Below the pieces are notes generated by a model. It was not told where the DNA came from, did not search any database, and was given only the letters and a program-made list of their open reading frames with translations. A program made the translations under genes and the position numbers. A stretch of DNA of 64,000 nucleotides from Camelus ferus (taxonomy: Eukaryota). Location of the stretch: assembly GCF_009834535.1 (NCBI RefSeq), contig NC_045727.1, positions 10,912,001 through 10,976,000 of the forward strand. Reading direction: 5' to 3'. Positions 12,241 to 23,181 of the stretch are shown piece after piece. How positions within the stretch are numbered: position 1 is the first letter of the stretch; every line of letters begins with the position of its first letter.

Positions 12241-15200
12241 GGCTTCCTGCCCCAGCACCAAGTGGCCCCCTGGGAGATGTGGATGGACATCTGGTACCCG
12301 GCCACTTGCATCCAGTCCTTATCTTGTGACCACATGTGATCCATCAGAGACCCCTTTGCTTCTCAGTGTGTGTGCCAGCCTGGCCTGGGCAGCACTGGGC
12401 CTTTCACGACTCAGGCTGTGCTACTCTGAGGGAGGCTGTCCAGCCACAAGCCCCCACAGGACCCTTTGAGTGAACTTCCTCTCCCCTATACAGCCTCTCT
12501 TCTGGGACCGACCTTCCTGGGTTGCTCCTGGTGCAGGACAGACAGACACTCTTCTCACAGTCAGGTCCCCTGGTAGGCAGGCAGATGATCTTGGCCCCAG
12601 CTCGCAGGTGGGAAAACCATGGCTCAGAGAAGCACATGCTGTGCTCACAGCCTGGGGCTGATGGGCTCCACCTTTTCTGCCGTGATCTGTATTTCGGACT
12701 GAGTTCCCTTGAAGCCCGCTGTGGCACGGGGGATGCCTTTGGACAGCAGCGAGTAAGTAGAGCTCAGGGACTTGTGGCTCCAGGTGCTCTTTTGTTTGAG
12801 AGGTGAGAGGGATGTGCCAGGTGGTTGTGTTGCCACGGGGAAGCATGTCTTCATGGGGCCCTTAGCAGAGCTCTGTGTGATGGAGGTTGAGGCCCCGAGG
12901 CTCAGAGGGAGTGGGTGGCTTCCAGGGCACAAGGGCAGCTATGACGAATCTGGGTGGGGCCCACAGCCTGGCTGTCCTGCTGCAGCTCAAGCAAGGCCTC
13001 TAGCCATCAGGTCTGCATCAGGGAGGGGACCCTGGGTGAGTCTTGGGGACACAGTAACCATCCAGCGACTGCCCATGCTGGTGCCACTCAAGGCCCTTGT
13101 GAGTGCAGTCCCAAGTATGAGCAAGCTACCACACACTCATCACATGTACGGTGACTGTCCAGTGACCTGCCTGTCACCCCCAGGGACTCTGAGCTTGGGG
13201 AGCCAGACCGTATTCTCTGAGTCTCAGCTTTCTTGCCTATAATATGACAGGGATAGATTACATGGGTGGTTTTCAAACTGGGTTCCTTGGGGTTCCAGGG
13301 CTCCTGGGAAATACTGAAGGGCCAGAGCTGGAGGGGAGACAGTGTCCCTACCTGCTTCGATGAGACACAGCCACTGACGAGTGACATTTGTCAGATTTTT
13401 AGGGTGACTTAAAACTCTAGAAACACCATTAAACTCTGAGCTCTGCAGAGCTGGTGGCCTTGGTGAGGGCCCTGGGCTCCATCCTGAGAACCCAGCGGAG
13501 ACCTTTAAGCTCCTAACCTCCAGAGCTCCAGAACCTCCAGCCTTCCAGCCTGCTCCTCTCACTTTGGGGTCCATGTGTTTTCTGCCTGTTCTCCGATGTC
13601 TCCTCATCTAGGAGGCTGCCTGGTATGTGGGATGTGCTCAATAATTACACAACTGAAGAAGGCAGAGACCAGCTGGCCAGAGGTGGCCTCTGTCCCTGTG
13701 GCATTCACAACCTAAGGGCAGATGCAGATGTGAAACACAAATATGGCAAAGGAACCAAGTGAATTCAGAGAGGGGTCCAGTGAGGGGAGCGAGGGGTATG
13801 GTGCTTACAGGGTGAAGACCCCACCAGAGCAGGCTTCCCAAGAGCTAAGGCCAGAGACGGTGTGATGCTGCCCAGAGCTAAGGTCAGATTTAGGCCGAGG
13901 GACCTGCCAATCCCGTGGCCCCGTGAAGTCTGGCCGCCTGCACCAGCCCTCCCTGCACCCCCACCCCCACCCCTCGCCCTGTGCCTACCCTGCCTGGGGC
14001 AGGCCTACTCCCTCCTGGCTTCAATTCTTCACAATTCTGTCTTGGTGCTCCTGTGCCTGGGGGAGAAACTGGAGCTCACAGAGGGTCCCTCAGCAGCACT
14101 GCAAGCAGAACTCCCTGTTCTTGGTCATGGGAGGCCTGGCACTACCAGCACTGTTCCCTCCTGGATAGAAACCTGGAGAGGGACCTGCCGGTGTCTGCCT
14201 CTGCTTCCTGGGCTCTGCAGCTGACCGTGGCTGGTCCACACCCTCCTGCGTGGGGCAGTGTGTGCCAGCTTCTAGCTCTCTTCCTCTTACCTGGCAGCCC
14301 TGGCCCTGCTTCCCAGGTGTATGCCAACCCATCCCCACCAGCACATGACCAGCCTTGTCCCTGAGTCCTCACCATAGCCAGGGAAACTGGCACTGTCCTC
14401 TCCAGAGGAGGAAACTGCCTCGGTTCCACAAGGACTTGTGCCCAGGCCCATGTGACCCAACTCCGGGCTCTGAACTGGTGTCGATATGGTCTGGCGCACT
14501 GGCTCTGGCCACTGGAGTCCCATTGTGACCCCTAAGCTCCCAGACAAGTGGCTGCTGCTTCCCAAGGACCCTGCTGCTGCTGGCAGCATCTTGGCTTCCG
14601 CCTGCCCACTGTCACCAGGACAGACCCATCTTCTGTCTTCTGCATCTGCCTTTCTCTCCACTCTGGGCCTATTCCAATCACCCTCCTCCCTATGCAGCCT
14701 GAAGGCTGACTGACACCAGCGGCGATAACTTTTGTCCAGCCAGTTGGCCAAGGCTCTAGGTCAGGGGAGTCTTTCCTTCCTCAAACATTTGCCAAGCACC
14801 CAGTCTGGTCAGGGCAGTAGGTGGGGGGCAGGTGCTGTGTTAATTTCTTCATTCACTAAGCACAGAGAAACTCTAGTGGAGGTTGTGAAGGAAGGGAGGA
14901 AGGAAGGATGGAGGGAAAGAGAGAGAATGGGGGTGGGGGAGAAGAGAAAGAGGGAGCCCTTGGGTCGGCTGAGTCTCCCAGACCTTGCAGTCGGAGAGTA
15001 GACTTGGGCTTGATCCTCTGACCAGCCAGGTGGCTGAGGGAAAACTTGATTGGCCCCTTGAGCCTCCGTGTCTTTCTCTGTCAGTGGGGCTGGTAACAGT
15101 TCTGACCTCAGAGGCTGTTTGCAGGCGTCAAAGGAAGGCTTGTGCATTCATCCTGGGGGACCCAGCACACTGCAGGCTGTCAAGTTCCCCAAGTGGGCGT

Positions 15201-16480
15201 GGAAAGTCATGCTAGTCCTGAGGCATGACTACCACCTCCCAGATGGACAAGGGGGTGCTGGGGGAGGGAACGAACAGGGCACCACAGGCAAAGGGCATGG
15301 CAGAGGCTGGGGCACTGGTTGGGGGAAGGAAGGGATGCAGGATGCGAGGCTTTGGGCCACAGAGGGAGGTCAAGGTGGAACGTCACCACATGGACCACAG
15401 TGGGCTCCACTCCTGGAGCTCCCTTCCCAGCTGGGTGACGCAGGGCAGGCTACTTCTCTCAGGGCCCCAGCTTCCTCACCCGTGAGATAGAGCATCTTAG
15501 TATGGCTCTGCTGTGCCAAGGAGCTCAGTGGTGGGTGTAAATGTCCAGCCCAGAGCCAGGCACCGCTCAGTGAGTGCCACTGCCAGTTTCCTGCCTTAGC
15601 AGAGGCACTTCACCCTGTGATGCTTCCTCCTCTCCTGGGCCCAGACCCTGGTCCCGGTAAGGACCCTCCACTGAGCCTGTGCACCTCACCAAACCCTCAC
15701 ACCTGTTTTCCTTTTGCCTCCCTAGGGTGTGACAAGCCTCTTGACAGCAAGTGCCACCTCTGTATCTCCTCCCCTGAACCTAGCAGGTGAACATCCAGGA
15801 CCTGAGCTGATTGGAGGAAGGAGCAACTGCGGTCAGTTTGAGCAGGAGGGCCTGGAACCCAGAAGGAGAGGGAAGAGGAGGAAGAGACCATTCTGGATGG
15901 GAGGCTCGGGGGCATGGCATGGAAAGGTCAGGTCTGGATGAACAGGGTGGGTGGAGTGGAGGAGAGCTAGGGTGACAAGAAGACAGGGGAGCAGTGGAGG
16001 TTTAAGAGCAGGACAGGGGCCCCAAAGACCAGGCAGCTTTCATACTTGGACAGACCATGTGCTTGTTTAACCACGGCACTCTGCTGCCCAGGGCCTCTGT
16101 TCCCTACTTGCAATGTGGGCGGAAGAGAGCCATCTTGCCCAGGGGGTGAGGATATGGGAGAAACCACAGCAAAGGCTAGTTCTCAGCACTCACCTCTCCC
16201 AATCGCACTCTCTGTTCCTGGTTTAGCATGTCAAGGTGAGGGGCAGGAACCATGCTCCCTCTGTGACCTGGGCCCACTAAGCACCAGGTCCAGTGCACAG
16301 TAGGACCATGGAGTCAGTTCCCAAGCCAGGTTCCCAAGTCTCCTCCAGCTCTAAGGAGCTGGCTTATGGAGTCCCTCATACATTTGCCAAATTTTTACTG
16401 AGCTCCCACTGTGTGTCAGCCCTTGGGGGAAATAAAAGGCACACAGGGTCCTTAAATGTATAAGGTTTATCATCTAGTTT

Positions 16481-16617
16481 CTGGGTTTTTGTTTGCGGGG
16501 GGAGGTAATTAGGTTTCTTTTTTATAATTTTTTTAATGGAGATACTGGAGATTGAACCCAGGACCTCGTGCATGCTAAGCACATGCTCTATCACTGAGCT
16601 ATACCCTGCCCTCCTAG
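16481..16617 (-). mobile_element. tRNA-Ala(AGC)-derived SINE, camelid Vic-type (copy B 46792-46928)
   Basis: Reverse complement GGGCAGGGTATAGCTCAGTGATAGAGCATGTGCTTAGCATGCACGAGGTCCTGGGTTCAATCTCCAGTATCTCCA, then an A-rich linker and CCTAATTACCTCCCCCC tail. Candidate TSD CATCTAGTTT at 16471-16480 and 16618-16627. Confidence 0.88.
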
Positions 16618-17242
16618 CATCTAGTTTTCCCCCACTCTTTCCCTGTATTAAGCCTGGGCTCCCAGATGCTGGGTGGGAGGCTGGCTCTATTCCAGGCTAT
16701 ACATCTCCAGTACCTTTTTCTCTCTCCTCTCATAGAAAACTGCTTTTTTTTTTTTAACTGATTGCTCTTAGAATGGAGAAAAATTCCATCACCAGCTTAA
16801 ATGATCTGAAGCTATACCCTCCTCTTTGCCTGCACTGCCACCTGTGGTCCAAACCACCATCACCTCTTTGCCCCGGTGGCTGCAATGGCCCTGCTCCCCT
16901 CTCATCCTCTACCTACCTCATCCTCCATCCTCCAACCAGAGTCCTCTCCTTACACACGCGCGTCTCGCTCTGTGGCTGCTTGCTGTTCATCCGCCGAAGG
17001 CCACTCACCCCACGGAGAAGAAAAGCCACATGTCTCTGGTTCCTACAAGGCTGTCTGTCACCCACCCTCCTCGCTCACTCTAAACTGTCTTACTCCATTC
17101 TGGCCACTCGGACGGTCCCATGGTTTCTGCCCGTGCTGCTTCCCCTGTTTGAAGCATTCCCCTTCCTCCCTCGGGCTGCTCCTTCCCAGGGTCCAGGTCC
17201 CAGCGTAGACTGTGGAGCAGCAGTCGGGCCCTGCCCCTGGCT

Positions 17243-17495
17243 GACTGCGTGACCTTGGGCAAACCCTGGGCCTCCTCTGTGCTTCTGTGAAATGGAGCTG
17301 TTCACGGTGCGTGTTAGCTATTATTAATTTCTTCTGTTCCCTCAGGGAGGCTCCCGACGTCCTGATGAGAAGTAGGTCCGCACAGCCACTCCCGTCACCC
17401 GGTTTTCCTTTCGCCCTTAGCAGCGCTTAGCAGTGCCTGGCTGCTCACCCATCTCATGTTCACTGTGAACCTACTGTGTGCCAGGCACTGTTTCC
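17243..17495. mobile_element. Two MIR fragments immediately upstream of the UBE2L3 CpG island
   Basis: tgcgtgaccttgggcaaa...ctgtgaaatggag (+, ~17243-17310) and cctactgtgtgccaggcactgtttccaagcgc (-, ~17430-17495). Confidence 0.55.
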
Positions 17496-17499
17496 AAGC

Positions 17500-18650
17500 G
17501 CCACCGCACTGGACGCCCGTGAGGGCACGGCCTCCTCGCGCTGGCCCCGCTCTCCCGGCCTCCCGCGCCGCCGCCGGCGCACAGTAGGCGCTTCGCCAGG
17601 CGCCGCGCCGCCGCCCGCCCCTCCCCCGCTCCAGGAAGTGCGGGGGCTCCGGCGCCCGGCGGCCGCGATGCATTCTGGGCCAGCAGCAGCACCAGATCCA
17701 AGATGGCGGCCAGCAGGAGGCTGATGAAGGTAAAAGCCATTCTCCGGCGCCGGCGGGCGGGCGGGGGGCGGCGGCGGGCCAGGGCCCCGCGGCCGCCCGG
17801 GCCCCTCGGGCGCCGCCGCCGCCGCCGCCCCCCGCCCCGTGCGGCTCCGCCGCCACGGGCCTTGCGCGCTGAGGGAGCTAACGGGGCCGCCTAGGCCGCA
17901 GCCCCGACGGGAGCGCCAGGCCGCGCCGGCCCCCGGCCCCCGCCGGCCCCGTCCAGCCGCCCCGCCCGGTCCGCGGGCTCGCTCCGCGCGGTGGCGGCCC
18001 CCGGGCCGGGGCGGCGGCGACAGGCCCACCGGCGCCGGCGGGAGGCCCGAGCGCCGGAGCGCGGCCGGAGCGAGCCCGCGCCGCGGAGCCGCCCCGCCCT
18101 GGGCCGCAGCGCTCCGGGCTGGGAGCCGGCCGGGCGGGCCGCGCGGGGCGGGGGGCTCGCGGGGAGGCGGCCGCGGGGCCAAAGTTAGGCCGGTCTGTGG
18201 CAGGCGCTCTAGGTTGCGCCGGGTGCGAGCAGACTGTCGCCTGTGACTGCGGAGTCACACAGCGGCAAGTCCTGCCCCGGGAGGCGGGAGGGCGGGGGTC
18301 GGCCGGCCGCGGCGCGGGCCTCCTGCCCAGCTCCTTCCCTGCCCGCCCCTCGTCCTCCGCGCTCCTTCTCCTGATAGAGCAAAGTGCCACCGGCCTGGCC
18401 GGGCCGAGGGGGTTGGAGTCAAAACCGGCCAAAGTTTATAAAAATAACTTGGTACTTTGTATCTTGAATGCAGCAGGGTCCGTGTTGCTAATTGGCTCCT
18501 CGGGTGAGGAGCACGGATGCCACCCGAGCCTAGTTCTTTCTCGAGTGTGTTTGCCAGCGTCCCGCGGAGCCGAACTCGCCTAGGGTTGCGAGCCGGCTGC
18601 CCGGCCGAAGGTGCTGCCGGGCTGCACCGGCCGGAAATAAAAAGGGCCAA
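17500..18650. promoter_or_regulatory. CpG island / UBE2L3 promoter with ETS (17632-17640), ZNF143/SBS-like (17664-17681, minus) and YY1 (17699-17710) motifs
   Basis: Very high GC and CpG density. Motifs: CAGGAAGTG; reverse complement GGCCCAGAATGCATCGCG; CAAGATGGCGGC overlapping the ATG; several GC boxes. Confidence 0.85.
17703..17729 (+). CDS. UBE2L3: UBE2L3 (UbcH7) coding exon 1, MAASRRLMK, followed by GT donor (copy A)
   Basis: ATGGCGGCCAGCAGGAGGCTGATGAAG|GTAAAAG matches the UbcH7 N-terminus. It lies in a CpG island and the donor is phase 0. Confidence 0.95.
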
Positions 18651-19315
18651 GGAGCTGGTTTCCTGAGGGGAGATAAAGGGCTGGGGTTCCTCCTGGGTAG
18701 AGCAGTGCTCCGTAGAACCAGACACTGAACTTGGAGTCACAGCCCCTGGGCCCTCCCTCCCTGGGAACGTTTCCTTTCTTTTGTTCGCTAAGGGCTGGAA
18801 CGACATTGAACTACATAAACTGGATTGGAAGTGGGCACAAAAGAACCGTCAGCAGACTCCAGACTTCTCTGTTGGTGACACCATCATTCACACAGTCATC
18901 TGGATAAGAGGACTGTTATTCGCTTATTTCCCTTCTCTGCTCCCCAAGTCATCCAGGAAGCCGTTCGGATTTTAATCGAAAGATACCTGGATGTACCTTC
19001 CTCTCTCATCTTCCTGAAATTTCTTGAATCTATACCTTCATCTCTCGGGTGCCTTCCAGAGTTCTCGCCTTCTCTGACTTGCCTTCACAGCCTCCACAGT
19101 TCTTTTTCTAAAGCAAATTTTAATCCATTCACTCCTATCAAATTCCTCTGTGCTTTTATTGTCCTCAGAAGTTAATCCTAACTTCTTGGCATGCCAGACC
19201 CTTAGGCTGCTTGAAAGTAATCTGTTCAGTCACACCTCCTGCTCCGTGGTTCCCTACCACCCTTACACCTAGTCACAGTAGCTTCCTTTTCCTTAGCTTT
19301 TACTTTGTGCAGCTC

Positions 19316-19397
19316 TGTCCTTCACATTCTTTTTTTTCCTAAACTTTTTTTATTGAGTTATAGTTATTTTACAATGTGTCATGTCCTTCACATTCTT
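19316..19397 (-). mobile_element. ~50-bp 5'-truncated L1 3'-end insertion with 16-bp TSD (copy B 49629-49712)
   Basis: TGTCCTTCACATTCTT at 19316-19331 and 19382-19397 flanks a poly-T tail and TTTTATTGAGTTATAGTTATTTTACAATGTGTCA, the reverse complement of an artiodactyl-type L1 3' terminus. Confidence 0.8.
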
Positions 19398-19689
19398 GAT
19401 CGTGCTTAATCTTCCCTGTGAAGTAGACCCTGTTATTCGCAGTTTGTAGGTGAGAAGGTGGAATGCAAGGCTTGCCCTAGTTTTCCAAGCTAGGGGAGAG
19501 TGTGCTATGATCGACTAGTTCTGACTGACTCCAAAGCCCCTGCCCTCACTGCCCTTACCTGACCACGTGCCCTGAGGTCTCCTTTGCACCTGCTGTTTGT
19601 TCTACTTGAGAAAGGCTGCCTTCCCCTCGACTTCCCCCCTTGCAGGGAATTCCTGTGTTTAACTCCAAGGCCAGCTACTCTGTGAGGCC

Positions 19690-19875
19690 TCCCGTCCCCT
19701 CCCCCTTCAGAATGAGTTGTTTCCTCCTTTGTGTGACCACAGCACTTTCTTTACGTTTCTGTTTGAACACTTGTCACAATTGGATTTGTGTTAGACTTGT
19801 CTTTCCTACTGGGTTCCTAAAGGGCAGGGATCTTGACCTAATTCACCCTAGTATCCCTTAGTCTAGCCAAGCTGA
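19690..19875 (+). mobile_element. L2 fragment (copy B ~50006-50191)
   Basis: cacttgtcacaattg...ttgtctttcctactgg...ttcctaaagggcagggatcttgacc...caccctagtatcc. Confidence 0.5.
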
Positions 19876-22800
19876 CCCAGTGTGGGGCTCCCAGGCTCGC
19901 AGGGGTCTGAGATGGGTGTTACTATGGTTTTTTAAATAATTTTTTTGTTTGTTTTAAAAGAATTGTAATTCAGAAAAAATATGTAACATTAACTGAGTAC
20001 TTAAGCACTAGATCATTTGCTTAAGTTTTTTCCTATCTTTTTAATAACTCTTAAAGTTAGTGCATCATCATCTTTATTTTACAAATAAGAAGGGTGTGAG
20101 ACTTAGGTTAAGAGTGTTACTTAAGGTGGAGCAGCAGCCCATGCCGGGGAGAGGTGACATGCTACATCTGCCTGGCTCCAAATCCCAAGTTCCGTGCTCC
20201 TTGTCACACTGCCTCCTTTCTCCTTCCAAAGATGCATGGAGGAGTATGTTGTTTCTTGAATTGTGGATGAAAGTTTTTCAGTTCAGTAGGAATGCTGGTT
20301 ACAAGAGGCTGATCATTGGCTCTGAGAGTCAGGTTAGGTTATATTAAAAAAAAAAAAAAATTATCCATGCAGGTTGATGGGTACATGGGGTGGATACTAG
20401 AAAAGATTTTCAATGATGAAAAGTAAACAGATGTTGACAGTGATGTTGAAAATTCTTAAAGAACTTTAGATTTCCTCAGAAAACTATTTTCTGACTTACT
20501 TGGAATCAAAGATTTCTTTGTAACAATGGACTGTCTGCAGATAGTGTAAGATACATTATTAAAAGTGGAGTGATTTGCATATATGTGGATGAGAAGTTAC
20601 TTTAGGCAAAGTGAGTATGATCAAGTCTTTAAAAAGCATTTACCAAAAGTATTAGCCTTTTGAAAACCCTTTTTAGGAATTACAATGTTAACAAAACATT
20701 AACTACATTTTAATTTGCAAGCAGCTAATTCAGCATTGATGGCAACAACCAGATTGTACCATTGCTTCAGTCAGGAGGGGAAATAGTTACAAAAGTGAAA
20801 CCTGTAGGTGTGGCTGAGGGAAATTGGTTGCCGTCTGATCATTTCTTTATAGCGTCTGGATTGCATTCATCCCCTCTAAGGGCCTTCCAGCTGGGTGTCT
20901 TCCCAGAAGGGCTTTTCACAGTGGGGAAACCTGTGGGTTTAAATGAGGGGTGACTTTTTATTAGTTGTTATGGTACAACTATTGAGATAAGGAATTGAGA
21001 TTTGTGGCAACCTTTTAATGCTGTTCAAGTAACATTTACTCAGAACTCCATACTCATGTACTTTCAGTCCATAGTCACCTGTGGGTGAGTAGGAGGGGTT
21101 TCCGAATGACAGTTCATTCCTTGGAATTCATCATACTAAGCAGTGAACTAGTTGCTGTTGAGCCCAGGTTTAGTATCTGTGGTTGGGTAATTAACACGGA
21201 GGAGTAGTGCGTGCAGGTGGTAGGTGTGTTATGTGTCGGGAGTTTTACAAATGGTGTCGTGCCAGTGTAAGCGTTCTCAATCCACTGGGTTTTGGGGAAT
21301 CGAGGAAAGCAGTGCATTTTTTTACCCAAAATTCATGCATCCTAGGAAGTTGGGACTGTTTTAGCCTGCCTTAATGATGTTCTTTGTAAATGTTTCTCTA
21401 TTAAGAGGTAATTGGGACAGGCCCTGGGAAAGAGTGTCCTTGTTATTGCAACATTGGGACCTTTTCTTGAGGTGTCCACCAGGACAGAAACATTTGTCTC
21501 AGGGTACTGGGACCTTTTTGCTCTTGTTACAACTCTGAGTTAAGAGACTGTTGATTTAGTGTTTTATTATGCCAGGTCATTTGAAACTATTCTCACTGTA
21601 TTAGAAAGTATCACTAAATGCTCAGGGGCTGTTTCTATTTTCTTTGCTGCAGCAGTAAGTTAGGATTTAAAGCTTCGAGAACCAGGAAGACGTCCCTCCT
21701 GAACCCTAAAACTCTGTATCCACCAGCCTGGAGAGTTTCCTTTGAATGGCGCTTGGACCTGCAGGCCCCTGGGTCTAAACCCCTGCCCATGCCCCTATTT
21801 CTGTCTTGCCTCCCTTAGTTAATGGACCACTTGTCTACTCCATAACCAAGGAAAAACCTGGGGGAGACTGCCATGCCCCCTCCCCCCATATCTAGCCACT
21901 TGCCAGATTCTGCTGAACTAGGCCTTTATCTCTGTTCTCTGCTTGTCTTTTTTCTGCATCCCACCGCCGCTCCGGAGTTCGGGCCATCCCATTTGTGGCG
22001 GACACCTGCATCACATCACTCAGTGGTTCTTTGTACTCCACACCAGTTAGCTTCCTCAGGCCCACGTGGTTCCCACCCAGCAGTGCGTCGAGGAGACGTG
22101 CACGTGCCGAGGCCCTGCGCTCAGAAACTGGAACCTAATTCAGGAAGGCAGGACTCTACTGAAAAAGTCAACATCCCTTAGCATGCTCCTTCCCGGTCCG
22201 GTCTCGCCAGGCTTGTCCTCCTCTGACTCACCCATGGAATCCGCTAGACACGCATGCTGTGCACACCCAGGTCTCTGATGGGCACCCAGTCTCACCTCCT
22301 CTCTGCACCAGGGCTGCTCCTTGTCCTTTAGACTCAGCTCAAGGGGCGCCTCTCCTGGGCACTGCCCTCAAGTCGCTTAGTGAGGAAGGAGAGGTCCTGG
22401 GCTGTCTGCGCGTGCTGGTTGATGGACAGAGAGCAGGCAGGTAGACCCTCTGTGGGGAGGAGGCGGCGGGGCTTGGCCTGGTCCTCCCTCCGCTGTGTGT
22501 GGGGTGCTGGGAGTTGGCCGGTGAGCTGGAGGCGCTCTCATCCTTCAGGATGGACGTGGGAACCCCCAGTGCACCCTCCTGCTTCTGACCTTGCGCCATC
22601 CCCTCCTTGGGTTTTAGCTAGGCCAGCCCCTGAGGTGCTTTCCAGAAGCACTGGGGGACTGGTCTGGTTTTACCCTTGATTGGCCTGCCCTGCGCTGGCC
22701 CTCCAGAGCTACGAGTCCTCCTTCCCTCTGCCCAGTCAGCGCCTGGCAGGGCTACCTCTCCGTGAAGGGGCGCCAGGGAGGGTGGATGCTGATGGCTTTA

Positions 22801-23030
22801 GGGATAGCTGGCAGAGGGATGCTGTGCCTTTCAGGTGAGGGTTCAGCATAGCCCCGGGGGCAGCGTTCTGGAGGGGCTGCTTGCTTGTGAGGGCTTTGCT
22901 GGCATATGTCACTTGCCCTGCCTCATCCTGTCTGTCTTGAGCATTTCGATGAGCCTAGCCCTGCCCCCAGTAAAAGGGGGCGAGAAGAGTCTTCCTATTT
23001 AGGGCAGAGCTCCTGAGAGGGAGAACACTG

Positions 23031-23181
23031 AATAGTGGTTAAAAGTTCAGGTTCCGGAGGTTGCATCCTGGGCCTGCCACGTCTTAGCTGAGTGAACCCA
23101 GGCAAGTTGCCTAACCTCTCTGTGCATTAATCACTTCACCTGTGTGAAGATTCAGTGAATTAATACACAGCAAGCACTTAG
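23031..23181 (+). mobile_element. MIR SINE (copy B 53344-53494)
   Basis: aatagtggttaaaag...gtcttagctgagtgaacccaggcaagttgcctaacctctctgtgc...aagcacttag matches the MIR consensus layout. Confidence 0.75.

Noticed and set aside
16538-16611. tRNA-Ala(AGC)-like sequence (also 63315 and 63920 regions)
   Set aside because: Mismatched acceptor stem, an A-rich SINE body and tail, and a candidate TSD indicate a SINE rather than a tRNA gene.
17395-18806. Long Arg/Pro/Gly/Ala-rich ORFs on both strands
   Set aside because: Typical CpG-island artefacts with no recognisable domain.
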